A DNA stretch of 64,000 nt, from the NCBI GenBank assembly GCA_033442325.1, contig JAWQFM010000020.1, forward strand, positions 222,328 through 286,327, read 5' to 3'. This stretch comes from Salpingoeca rosetta (Eukaryota > Protista > Choanoflagellata). Below are positions 47,500 to 59,209 of this stretch, piece after piece. Each line of letters starts with the position of its first letter. The stretch's first letter is position 1. The notes beneath the pieces are model-generated. The model saw nothing but the letters and a program-made list of their open reading frames with translations, was not told the origin of the DNA and did not search any database. The translations under genes were made by a program, and so were the position numbers.

Positions 47500-49039
47500 N
47501 NNNNNNNNNNNNNNNNNNNNNNNNNNNNNNNNNNNNNNNNNNNNNNNNNNNNNNNNNNNNNNNNNNNNNNNNNNNNNNNNNNNNNNNNNNNNNNNNNNNN
47601 NNNNNNNNNNNNNNNNNNNNNNNNNNNNNNNNNNNNNNNNNNNNNNNNNNNNNNNNNNNNNNNNNNNNNNNNNNNNNNNNNNNNNNNNNNNNNNNNNNNN
47701 NNNNNNNNNNNNNNNNNNNNNNNNNNNNNNNNNNNNNNNNNNNNNNNNNNNNNNNNNNNNNNNNNNNNNNNNNNNNNNNNNNNNNNNNNNNNNNNNNNNN
47801 NNNNNNNNNNNNNNNNTGGAGCGGGTCGTGTGGGACTGGTGATCGCGAACCGTGCTTGTGCTTGTTTGATGCCTCTGCATACTCCATCGCAGCAGATGCT
47901 CATGCACACGAACCACCACCTCCTCCTCATCCAACCACATCACACCATCATCACCGACCATGCCTCGCCACTACCACGATTACGCGGTGTCCAGAGTCCA
48001 AGACGGCGCACGTGCGACGGCTGACAATGTCGCTGCTCCTCACATCGCTTCGCCAGCACCAGTCCTTCGCTGCCGTGAGTGCCAACTGCCATCCCCTCAT
48101 ACAATCACACACATACACACACGCACATACTCACGCACATACACACGTGTACACCATGTGCGTGTGCACTCGCACTTTCCTCACTGCTGTCATGCACAAA
48201 TGTGCTTGTGTGTGTGTGTGTGTGCACACGTGTGTGTGTATGTACACGTGACCATATGCCAGGAGTACTTCAAGGTGGATGCGGGCGGGAACAGCCAGTG
48301 GCGCGTGGTGTCGGCGAGTTGCAGCCGCATTCTCCGCCAGTTCATCACCGCCATCAGCCCAGGCGCACTCACAGGCCTCCAGTCAGCAGCAGCCGGGTCA
48401 TTATCGTCATCATCGTCGACAGCAGCAGCAGCAGCGACAAATGGCAGAAAGCCTGGACCGTACGTTGTCTGCTGCAAACACGTGCTGTGTATGTGTTTGT
48501 GTGAATGGGCGTTCGTGTGCGAGTGGAACACGTGTGAAACCGTAACGTGATCACACACTCACACCGATCGTCTCCACTCACATTTCACGCGTATGTGCGT
48601 TTACATGTGTGTTTGTATGTATGTGTACATGTGTGCGTTTACATGTGTGTTTGTATGTATGTGTACATGTGTGTATGTGTATGTGTGTGTATGTGTGTGA
48701 ATGTGTCTGTGTGTGTGCGCAGGCGGGTGATGGGCGGTGGGGATGACGATGTTCCGAGCATTCCATCCACAGGACCAATGACAGCCGTACGTGAATCGTC
48801 TTGAACAAACATACACGCGCACACATTCGCTCTCTCGTCGTGTGCCATGCCTCGCTGATGCGCGTCGCATTGTCCTTCTCCTGCTGAAATATGCTCATCT
48901 CTCAACCGTGTCGTGCTCAACCACCACCACCACCACCACCACCACCACCACCACCATCTGCCTCCCATTACCACTTCACCTTCCTTCGCAGCTCCAGCGC
49001 CGCGTCACCGTCCTCGACCGCCTGCTCCTCTGGGTACGT

Positions 49040-49128
<89 letters not shown>

Positions 49129-50113
49129 CACACACACACACACACACACACCCATGCACACACACACATATGCACACACATATGCATATGCACACACATG
49201 TACACACACACGTGCACACGCACACATGCACACACGCACACGTGGCACCTTATTTCATCCTTGTATCCTCACCACCATCATCATCATCATCGCCACCACC
49301 ATCATTACGACTGTGACCATGACTGCAACAGCTGAAGCGCGTGCACCTGCACCTGCGGCTGGAGCGGGCGTGGTTTCAGCCGTACATCACCCAACAGGAC
49401 GCAGCTTACCTCCTGCAAGGCCAGGTGGGGGCGGCCATTCATGCCACGAGGGCGCACAGATGGCAGTCGTCTCTTGCGGTGGTTCTCTCACCACCAAACA
49501 CACGCGCACATCCATGCACGCCGCACAACCGCACGTCTACATGTACATTGACAAGCTTGCGTGATCTTATCCCATGTTACTTACCGTTTGTCAGCCACAC
49601 CCCACGTCTTGCCTTCCCTTCTCTCACTTACGCCCCCTCCCGAACCCACCATGTGCCGTGTTGCTGCTTCCTCGGCACCAACAGCGGGATGGGATGTTTG
49701 TTGTCCACGCGTCAGACACGCCCGGCCATCTTGCCCTGACGGTCACGCACGATCCTGTTGGTTCACCCAAGCGTCACAGCGGCCACACCTGGACGGGATA
49801 CATTGTCGCCTCAGACAACAGTACGCACCCATTCATTTCCGCTCCGTGTGGGAATGTGAGTGTGTGTGTATTTTCAGAAAATGTGTGCGACATGTATCGA
49901 CTCAGCTGACACGCACTCACCTTGGATTACACACATGCATGCACATGCATAATGTGCAACACATAACACACGTACACATGTCAGAGTATGCGCTGCACGG
50001 GCGGGAAACGGTGCACAACTTCTTCAGCATCGAGGAGATGGTTGCGTACTATAGCAAGCATCCGTACAACACCAACTTTGCAGGCGAAAAGCTCAAGCTG
50101 GCGCCCTACCACG

Positions 50114-50187
<74 letters not shown>

Positions 50188-50955
50188 AACGTGGAAAGGA
50201 GAAGGGGCGGTTTGTGTGTGCGTAGATGGTCTTCTCCATGAATATTCGGCTTGTCAGCATTTGTCACCATGCCAGCCCTCGCCACCACCCTCATCACCAC
50301 GCATCAGGAGCGCGTGGTGCGTGCTGCTGTGCGGGCAATTGTCACGGCCGTCACCACCACGGGCCGCAAGTTCCTCATGCGCGTGCCAGGCATTGCCCAC
50401 CTGCTGCGCACCCCGAGCACAGACGCCCTGCACACCCAGCTCGTCGGCGCTGACGGCGTGTGTGCAGCGCTGGAGATTCTTGCCTGCTCCCTCGAGCATG
50501 CCGCCGCGCTCGACAAGCACACGTGTGTGTCTGTGTATGCATGTGTGCATGTGCGTGTATGCGTGTACCTGTGCGTGTGTACCTGTGCGTGCGTGCGTGT
50601 GCATGTGCGTGCGTGTGTGTGTGCGTGTGTGTGCGTGTGCGTGTGTGGTGCAAACACATCAGCTGTTGTGAACACGTGTTGTGCCTGACACCGCCTTGTT
50701 CGACGCCTTTCATCACAACCACTAACAATCTTTGTCACCATATCCGTTCACCAACATGCAACTTGCTCCCTCCCTGCTCCCACCCCCCCCCACTCCCATC
50801 ACACCGACTCATACACACCAGGCGTGCGCGTGCGTCGGCGGAGCTTGGGGAGTGGGTTGCGCTGTTGTCGCGGCTGTTTCTGACGGTGACGCATCTGGAG
50901 CAGCCGCTGCGCACGGACGACAGATCCACCGTCGACCACGCAAACCACAGACGCG
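45567..50955 (+). CDS. NDC1: NDC1/TMEM48-like transmembrane nucleoporin with an internal SH2 domain; multi-exon, interrupted by a gap, 3' end missing
   Basis: Several N-terminal hydrophobic helices. [19 protein letters not shown] resembles NDC1 [52 protein letters not shown] resembles [55 protein letters not shown] resembles WALEGLSHLVAASFTEDR. SH2 exons are 49332-49424, 49685-49820 and 49985-50115. Reference NDC1 peptides are recalled from memory. Confidence 0.72.
47500..47816. other. Assembly gap (N run)
   Basis: N bases following a (TG)n tract. Confidence 1.
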
Positions 50956-50957
50956 TC

Positions 50958-51060
<103 letters not shown>

Positions 51061-51130
51061 TTGTACGTTCGAGTGTGTAATCATAGAATATTTTTTCAAT
51101 TATTTCCTTGAATTTCACATCACCCACATA

Positions 51131-51284
51131 NNNNNNNNNNNNNNNNNNNNNNNNNNNNNNNNNNNNNNNNNNNNNNNNNNNNNNNNNNNNNNNNNNNNNN
51201 NNNNNNNNNNNNNNNNNNNNNNNNNNNNNNNNNNNNNNNNNNNNNNNNNNNNNNNNNNNNNNNNNNNNNNNNNNNNNNNNNNNN
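51131..51284. other. Assembly gap (N run); may hide the last NDC1 exon(s)
   Basis: N bases. Confidence 1.
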
Positions 51285-51572
51285 AGGTGATATCACCACT
51301 CGGGCCATCCTAGTCAATTTCTGGATGTTGGGTTGGTGTTTGTGGGGCGTGCGTTGGTGTGTGAGAAGCATAAGTACATAACTTGATAGAGTTCTGGTTT
51401 TGTTGTTTATGTTATGTGCTTCATGTCTCGTCTTTGCATGTAGGGTTCTGTCCAGGGTGGAGTTAGGCTGACTGGGGGTGTCAACTTAGCCGACCTTGAG
51501 GTCGCTTCTCAATTTTTCAGTTCCAAGAGCACGACTTTGTTAGTCGTGTGCGCGGCCGATGTCATTCTCACG

Positions 51573-51643
<71 letters not shown>

Positions 51644-52354
51644 CTAGTCCTTGCGCGGCTTGGTGAGCTTGCTGGGAAAGACGGAGAGGGTGAGGAAGCA
51701 CTGCCCGACAAAGTAGAGAAGGTGGATGATCTCGTGCGCGTATGGGACGGGCGTCACGAACTTGCCAATGGCGATGGTGAGGTCCGAGATGGTAAAGAGC
51801 CACGCGCCGATGGTGGCGGCAGTGGTGTTGTGGTGTGAACCGCACGCCGCCGTCACCTGCATGGTGCTGATGGCAACGGTGTAGAGCACCACGGGCACGA
51901 GCAGGTCCTTGTTCGTCTCCAGCATGCTGGGCACGAGGATGGCCAGCGCAGCCACGACGAGCAGGCCGCTTGCCAGCAGAGCAGCGGGTCGCACGCGCAG
52001 CCCCGAAGAGAACATCACTGCGTACAGGATGTGGGCGATGAGGAAAGACGCGAGCCCCGCCGTGAACAAGTGCTCGTACAGCAGCGCTGCATCGCCTAGC
52101 ATGGAGAAGAAGAGCGCTCCCAGCGTCAGCGTCCAGGTGCGGGTCGTGAGCTGGGCTGGCCGCTTGAGGGCCAGCACAATCGCTTGCAAGGCGGCGATGG
52201 TGGTGCACTTGAAGCCCACGCGCACCAGCTGCTCTGTGCCCAGCAAGTTGGGGAAGAACGTGTACAGGAGGCCAGGTACGACAGCCAGCGCCATCTGCCC
52301 TGCAGCTGCGCTCCGCGGCGACCAGCCACTCTGCTTTCCAGCACCACCTGCCAT
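51644..52354 (-). CDS. YhhN/TMEM86 family membrane protein (lysoplasmalogenase-like), intronless
   Basis: 236-aa multi-TM ORF with family motifs GFKC, LFFSMLGDAALL, FTAGLASFLIAHILY, PVVLYTVAISTM, GAWLFTISDLTIA, LYFVGQ. Confidence 0.9.
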   Translation of the reverse strand: MAGGAGKQSGWSPRSAAAGQMALAVVPGLLYTFFPNLLGTEQLVRVGFKCTTIAALQAIVLALKRPAQLTTRTWTLTLGALFFSMLGDAALLYEHLFTAGLASFLIAHILYAVMFSSGLRVRPAALLASGLLVVAALAILVPSMLETNKDLLVPVVLYTVAISTMQVTAACGSHHNTTAATIGAWLFTISDLTIAIGKFVTPVPYAHEIIHLLYFVGQCFLTLSVFPSKLTKPRKD

Positions 52355-52592
52355 GATGTCGCTGTTGGTTCAGGAGTTGGTTCAGTGTGCTTGCTTGCTT
52401 GACTGACTTGCTTTGTTTGGGTTTCTGCGTGTGCGGATGTCGTGGTGTGATATGAAATGATCTCTGTCACCACCTCTCAGCCCTCTCGGCTTCTCCTGTG
52501 GTGTTCACTGACTTGCTTCTTGGCTCGGCACCTTGTGTGTATGGAGGTTGCGCTAAAGGCTACGACAGAAGCAGAGTCGGGAGCACTCGGGC

Positions 52593-53417
52593 TCATGCTG
52601 GTGGTGGTGGTGGCAGGGGCTTGTGATAGATATCAAAGCAGACGGGGCCATTGATCAGGGCGGCAATGTGTGGAAGCATGGCGCAGAAGTCGCTGGAGGC
52701 AACGACGCGATATCCCCGCCGGGTGTACCACTTGCGCAGGCGATCCTTGTTGGCGTGGGGTCGGTCGCGGGGGTACAGCAGCTGCAGCTCGCACACGTCG
52801 CAGTTGAGCTCTTGCGCTCGCGCCTCGGCTGCATCGAACAAGCGCTTGCCAATGCCTTTGGAGCGGAGATCACGACGCACCGCAAACATGCCCACCTCAC
52901 CTCGCTTGACCATCTCATGTGCGCTCGGCACGGCCTCCTCGCCACCAGCACTGTCTCTCGCAGCCTCGCTGGTCTGTGCTGCATCTCCTGCCTCTGCTTG
53001 TCGCCCTTGCCCGTGCCGTGCTTGCTTAGCGTCGTGCACCACCAGCTTCATGCAGCCAATGAGGGACGCCTCTGTGACGATGGATGGCCAGTCCAGCGGA
53101 TGCTCTGCACTGTCAAGCTCCACACGCAGCGCCGGTCGTGCTTGCTGCTGCTGCTGCTGTTGTCCTTCTTCTTCCGCTGCTGCTGTCGTTGTTGCAGCCT
53201 GCGCGGTCTTGTCATCAGTGGCCGTGTCCTCCACGACAACCAAGAGCTGTTGTCGCTTCGCAAAGCCCTCCACATCGGCGGGCGAGGTGCGCTGGAAGCC
53301 CTCTCGGAAGATGTCGCCTTCCCCATACATGTACGCCTCGTTGATGATGTCCACAAGCCGCTGCAACACCGCAGGCCGGCCCTCAAACGTGGCTGCCGTC
53401 GCAGCCACCACCCGCAT
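52593..53417 (-). CDS. GNAT family N-acetyltransferase, intronless
   Basis: LVDIINEAY..EG, IGCMKL, motif A GEVGMFAVRRDLRSKGIGKRLFDAAE, motif B LRKWYTRRGY. Start taken at the ATG at 53417. Confidence 0.88.
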   Translation of the reverse strand: MRVVAATAATFEGRPAVLQRLVDIINEAYMYGEGDIFREGFQRTSPADVEGFAKRQQLLVVVEDTATDDKTAQAATTTAAAEEEGQQQQQQQARPALRVELDSAEHPLDWPSIVTEASLIGCMKLVVHDAKQARHGQGRQAEAGDAAQTSEAARDSAGGEEAVPSAHEMVKRGEVGMFAVRRDLRSKGIGKRLFDAAEARAQELNCDVCELQLLYPRDRPHANKDRLRKWYTRRGYRVVASSDFCAMLPHIAALINGPVCFDIYHKPLPPPPPA

Positions 53418-53532
53418 GCTCACGCGCAAAGAGGACGCGGAAGGGACGGGATGAAGAGATGAGTGACAGCAACAACGATGACGACTCCTCACTTTGTAAT
53501 GTAACAAACGCACCACACGACAAGCAGCAAAG

Positions 53533-54147
53533 ATGAGTTTGCGGGAGGTTGTGCAGAGTGTGGTGAATGGCGGCGGTGGTGGTGTCGAGTGGACGGATGT
53601 GGTGTTCTGGGCGAGCTGTGTGGCGGCAGCGCCCATCTGGGGCGCAGCGGTGTTGTTCCCCAAGGCCAAGCAAACCTGTGTCCTGTTCCAGCACTGCATG
53701 CTGGCGGCACTGCCGTTCGCGGTGGCCTTTTCAGTGCTTGTGATGCAGCAGCTGGAGTGGTGGCTGACCCGCTTCATTGCCGCAGACCTGTCACTGGCAT
53801 ACCTCGTGCAGAGCTTCGCCCAGCCGTCCACCTTCCTGCTCCTGTGGCTGTACATCCTTGGCTTTGACATTGCCGTGTTTGGCTGGATGCACCAGCGCCT
53901 CATGCAGCGCCGCGCGCCGGCGCTGGAGATGACCGTCTGGGGCCTCGTCACCGCAGTGTGCGCCCCGCTCGCGCTCGCGTGCTTCACCGCCCTCCACTAC
54001 GCAACACCGCTCGTGGACCAGGCCTCGCCGCCTAATGCTGCTGCTGCCATCAAGAGGGACGAGAAGCAGAAGGAGAAGCAGAAGGAGAAGGAAGGCAATG
54101 ACGCCAAGAAGATCACAAGCGAAAACGCCAGCAAGAAGCGGGACTAA
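53533..54147 (+). CDS. ABA4-like/DUF4281 family membrane protein, intronless
   Basis: About 4 TM helices; SFAQPSTFLLLWLYILGFDIAVFGWM..GLVTAVCAPLALACF resembles the DUF4281 pattern WxHxLAFDLFVGxW..LTxxxGPxGL; Lys-rich tail. Confidence 0.6.
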   Translation: MSLREVVQSVVNGGGGGVEWTDVVFWASCVAAAPIWGAAVLFPKAKQTCVLFQHCMLAALPFAVAFSVLVMQQLEWWLTRFIAADLSLAYLVQSFAQPSTFLLLWLYILGFDIAVFGWMHQRLMQRRAPALEMTVWGLVTAVCAPLALACFTALHYATPLVDQASPPNAAAAIKRDEKQKEKQKEKEGNDAKKITSENASKKRD

Positions 54148-54307
54148 TGATGATGGCCCATCCTCTCCGCGGGCACCATGGACCTCTGCCGCTGTAAACG
54201 GTAAGGTTACAGATGGCACGGCTCAACGACTGCAAGACGAATCAAATGAAAGCAGCAAGCAGGAGAGACGTGACAAGAAGGATCATCTCTGTTGTCTTCG
54301 TGTGTTC

Positions 54308-54350
<43 letters not shown>

Positions 54351-54469
54351 CATCGCGTGTGTCGCCTTTGCCAAGTTCAGTGCACGGAGTAAAGATAAGC
54401 GACTGCCCTTCCTATCTCTCAACTTGCTGATGCATTGTGACGAGTGGTCATATGTACTGATGTGAAGCC

Positions 54470-54550
<81 letters not shown>

Positions 54551-54556
54551 TGTTGG

Positions 54557-55013
54557 TCAATCAGACATGTCCTCGGTGGAGATGTCGAGGTCCATATCGT
54601 CATCATCGTCATCTCCACCACCACCACCACCACCACCACCATCCCTGCTGCCACCAGCGGTCGGGGTTGTGAGCTGCAGGAACGGTGCATTTATGCCACG
54701 CTGCTGCTGCTGTTGTTGCTCTTGCTGCTGGGGTGTGGCTGCTATGCCTACGGGTGACCGGATCAAGTCCTCTGCGCGGAAGGGATGGGTCAACGATGAT
54801 GTCTGCAGCGTCGTGTGCACACCACCTGCACCGCCCGCCTGACTGCGATCGGCGCGCCCGCCCTCGTGCAGCTGCCGCAGCAGCTCCTTTGCACGCTGCT
54901 TCGGCTGTTGTTGTGTTGTGTTGTGTTGTGTTGTGTTGTGTTGTGTTGTGTTGTGTTGTGTTGTGTTGTGTGTGTGACGAATGGAACGGTTGGATCATCG
55001 CGAAACAGGTCAA

Positions 55014-55061
<48 letters not shown>

Positions 55062-56211
55062 TCTCCCCTTACCTTGCCGCCGTAGGAGATGAGGACGTTT
55101 GCGTACTTCTCAACCTGCTCGCGGTCCTTGCGCCGCATAAAGTAGTCGCTCAGGAACTCGCACGCCTCCAGAATGTTCTCGTCGCTGATGATGATGTTGC
55201 CCGTGTCGTCAAGCGATATCGTCTTCAGATAGTAGAAGGCAGCCTACACGTGTATGTGTATGTATGTATTCGTTGGGGGATGGTGAGGGAGTGCGCGTGC
55301 ATGAGTAAATAGATGAGTGGCGCAGCATTCATGGAAACCTCATGCGGTGCGTGTGTGCGTGCGTGTGATGCATGGTACAGCGTCACGGCACCTTGTCTGG
55401 GTTGAAGACATCGTCTCTGTAGATCTTTGCAATGCGATGCAACACCGTGACGTCATCCTCGTTGAACGAGAGAATGTTCTCCAGGCACTTGATCGCCTGC
55501 CCATAGTGCTGCAGCGCCTGGTACACCCCCGCAAGCGCGTCCCAGATGCGCCGGTCATACGGCCTGCACATGCACACGTATGATGTAAGTGTGCGCATAT
55601 GGTGCATGTGTGCGCGTGTGCATGTGTGCGCGTGTGCATGTGACGTGATTAACATTGTTCAGTTTGGTACTAAAGTGGAAGCAAGCAAGCAGGCGGGCAG
55701 GTTGCCTCGCTCGTCGCATGCGGCCCTACAGATACACGCAGGCATGGTCATGCATGTGCGCACACGACATCGCACCTGAGGCGGAGGGCGCGCTTGTAAT
55801 AGTATAGAGAATACATTGGCATCTTGAGCAGGTCGTACGCATATCCAAGGTTGGACCAGCCGCGATAGTCGCGTGGGTTGATGTCTGTCACACACACATA
55901 CACACATGCATGTGGCGTGTGCACAGCAAGTGCTGAGCCGCTATTGTTCACAAACGGAGCACACCAGAACAGAAACAACCAGAGCAACGAACACCATGAG
56001 CACAGCAGACGTGAACAGCAGCTGTGGCGTGCTTACCGACAGCGCGACGCAGGGCAACAATGGCTGCGGGCGCATTGTGCAGTTCAATGTACTCGTGCCC
56101 AAGCAGCGTCCATGCAGAGAGGCATCTGTGCGGATAGGGAGGAGGGGAACAAGTCGCATTTGAACGTTTCAAGCACAGAACCACCAATGAAACAAACGAA
56201 GCCAATCGTGA

Positions 56212-56245
<34 letters not shown>

Positions 56246-58710
56246 ACAGACACACACACAGACACACAGACACACACCCACCCCCCCCCCCCCCCCCCCA
56301 CATAGAGGCGGACGAAAACCCCCGAAGGCAAGGTGCAGGTGGAAAAAGCATGCACGCAGGGCTTGAAGTCACAAGTGTCAAAAAAGGATTTGGGCGCGCA
56401 TAAAATGACTTTTTCTTTGGAGGCGAGTTCTTTGGCGGGTGATGTAGATGGCTTCCCTACGCCTCTTTCACACCGCAGCGTGGCCTGCAGCACAATCAAC
56501 CCTGTGGATTAGTCTAATGACTGTCGGCTCAGATCGTAGGACTATGTGCCGGCCGGCNNNNNNNNNNNNNNNNNNNNNNNNNNNNNNNNNNNNNNNNNNN
56601 NNNNNNNNNNNNNNNNNNNNNNNNNNNNNNNNNNNNNNNNNNNNNNNNNNNNNNNNNCACACACACACACACCCACCCCCCCCCCCACCCCCCACACACA
56701 CACACACACAAACACACACGTGCACATGAACAGGCAAGCGAGCAGGCAAGCATGGCTCGTGTGACGAACGTGCGATCAAGTTTGAGGGCGCGTCTGAAGT
56801 AGATTTCGGCCTTGGCGCTGTGTTCTCGGCGGCTGTAGTAGTTGCCTTCCCACGCATGATCAAGCCGCAGGTTGACATGGACACAAATACCAGTTGTGAG
56901 TTGGACAAAGGCCACTGGACAAAGGGCAGCGGACAAAGGGCAGCGGACAAAGGAGAGAAGCGATTGCAAGGAAAGCAAAGAGGGCAAAGGCACATGTTAT
57001 ACAAGGGAACAAAGCGCAGCCAACAAAGAGTCAACAACTTCACGCACGCACACACACACACACACACACACACAACATCACACCACACGAGACACACAAA
57101 GCGTGCACCACAGTCAACAGTAAAGAAGTTCACACACACACACACACAGATCAGCAGGCAGCAATGACAACAAAGCGGTGGCCGTCATCAGCCACCATCA
57201 CCACAACAACCGAACCCACAAGGCAACGGCACCCTTCTTGAACAGCCCTTTGTTAGGGCAAGGTGATCATGTAGTCTGCGAGGACAAAGAAAGGCTCACC
57301 TATCACGCAGCAAGTTTCTGGCCGGTACTTGTCGATGGCAGCAACATGATGGGTCAGCCGACTCAGCTCTGCAACGTTCTCCTGACGAAACCACCCGACA
57401 AGCACGACATGCTGACATGAGCGCAATATGACTATGACGTAAATTTAGGCCGATGACGTCACGCGGAGCTCAATCTGGCCAGACGCAACATTTAAGTGAG
57501 GGTGAACGCAACATCGAAACGCACTTGGAGATAGAGCACGTTTGAATACGTGTCGACGTGGTCGAGGCGGTATGGATCCAGTGTCTCGACGCGTGTAAAG
57601 TAGTCTTCAGCCATGTCAACGTCTGAAAAGCACCCACCCAATGCACGAGTTAATTTTCTTGGGACGAGCTCGTTGTGTCAGCACGGTTGCTGCCTGTGAG
57701 CTTCACAAACAAAGCATCCACACCACACGAACAGCTTCACGAGCAAGCATCGATGTTCACCCGCACACATGCCCACCTCTGAGGTTGTGGTACGCGGTGG
57801 CGATTTGCGCAGCAATTGTTGACGAGCGGGGATACGATTGCTCGAGCGATTCGTACAACTCCAGCGCCTCCTGAACACACGCAAACACAGTTGCACGCGC
57901 GGGGTTGGGGTTGGGGTTGGGGGAACAGAGTTGCGACACGCACGCAGCCGCAGCACCAGTAGGTTCACAAACATGCACTTGGAGATGTATACACGCAAAT
58001 CCACACAAACACACACACACACACCATGTCGAGGCGCAGCTCCAGCGCAACGTGCGCGTGGAAATGGCGTTTGATCCAGTGATCCGGAAGAACGGCATTC
58101 AACTGAGAATAACAACACAAGCGCGCGAACACACACGCACACACATGCACACACACGCACACACACACACACACAAGGATGATGTTGATGATGCAGATGG
58201 TGTGAATGAGGCAAAGACGGAGACAGACGAGTGTGTGAGACGAAATGCACGGCTGATTTGAGACGAATGAAGCCGCGACAATACGCTGCGCGTCACGTGA
58301 ACGTACGGCGTTGACGTGCGACTTGTCCTTGCAGAGGGAGGCGAGGGCGAACCAGGCGGACCACAGCAGCGGTTGGGCGTTCACAGCCTTGATGAGGTGC
58401 GAGCACGCCTTCTCAACCAGGCCCTGCAAAGGCAGTGTTGTTGTTGTTGTTGTTGTTGTTTCAGTTGTTGTCGTTATGTGTGTGTGTGTGTGTGTGTCTC
58501 ACGTCTCATCGTGCATACGCGCCTCGCAATCGTTGATTGCATCTTGCACGCAGGGCATATTACGGCCGGCATTCCACCACTGGCGTGCGTCTCACCATAT
58601 CGCGCAGGACAATGCCCATGAGGTAGTGGAGGAACGGTCCACACGGCCGCCGCCGCGCCAGCCTGACAATGAGCAGTGCGCACGGCACAGCTGTGAGTAT
58701 GCTCTTCGTG

Positions 58711-58744
<34 letters not shown>

Positions 58745-59130
58745 AAAAGGGTTGTGAGGGTGACGGGTGTGCCTAACCGTTGCTCAATCTGCGTTCGAAT
58801 GGACTGCAAGTTCTTGTTTGCGGCGTGTGATGCGGCATATTCTGCACATGCGCACACCCCAGAACACAGAGGAGCCAAGCAAAGCATGTACGAGAGGATA
58901 CTGATGAGTGAGTGAAGCAATGTATGTAGTGCTATGGCGCTGGTATGGTTATGTTGACTGCTGTGCAAACGCTGGCGCATGTACACGGATGTGGTGGCAA
59001 GTCGTACCAAGCACGTTTGGCTGTTCTTCCTCCTTCTGTTGCTCGCCAGCCTGTCAACACCCACACATAGCACGCAAGTGAGCGAACTGGACGCAAGTAG
59101 AATGGGCAGACACACATTCACAAAAACACG

Positions 59131-59209
<79 letters not shown>

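Noticed and set aside
47890-48075. Apparent frameshift in an NDC1 exon ([16 protein letters not shown] frame vs [16 protein letters not shown] frame) as pseudogenisation or recoding
   Set aside because: It lies right beside an assembly gap where base errors are likely, one frame is open through the exon, and the other exons are intact.
51285-51540. T-rich stretch after the gap as a mobile element end
   Set aside because: No terminal repeats, target-site duplication or transposase; consistent with a convergent 3' UTR or low-quality contig end.
52593-53987. 464-aa ORF-track version of the GNAT gene overlapping the opposite-strand gene
   Set aside because: The extra N-terminus starts at a non-ATG codon and is the antisense shadow of the 53533-54147 ORF; GNAT homology begins near the ATG at 53417.
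57454-57461. TGACGTCA (CRE) sites as targets of the local bZIP
   Set aside because: They are intronic or exonic, and a few occurrences in 64 kb are compatible with chance.
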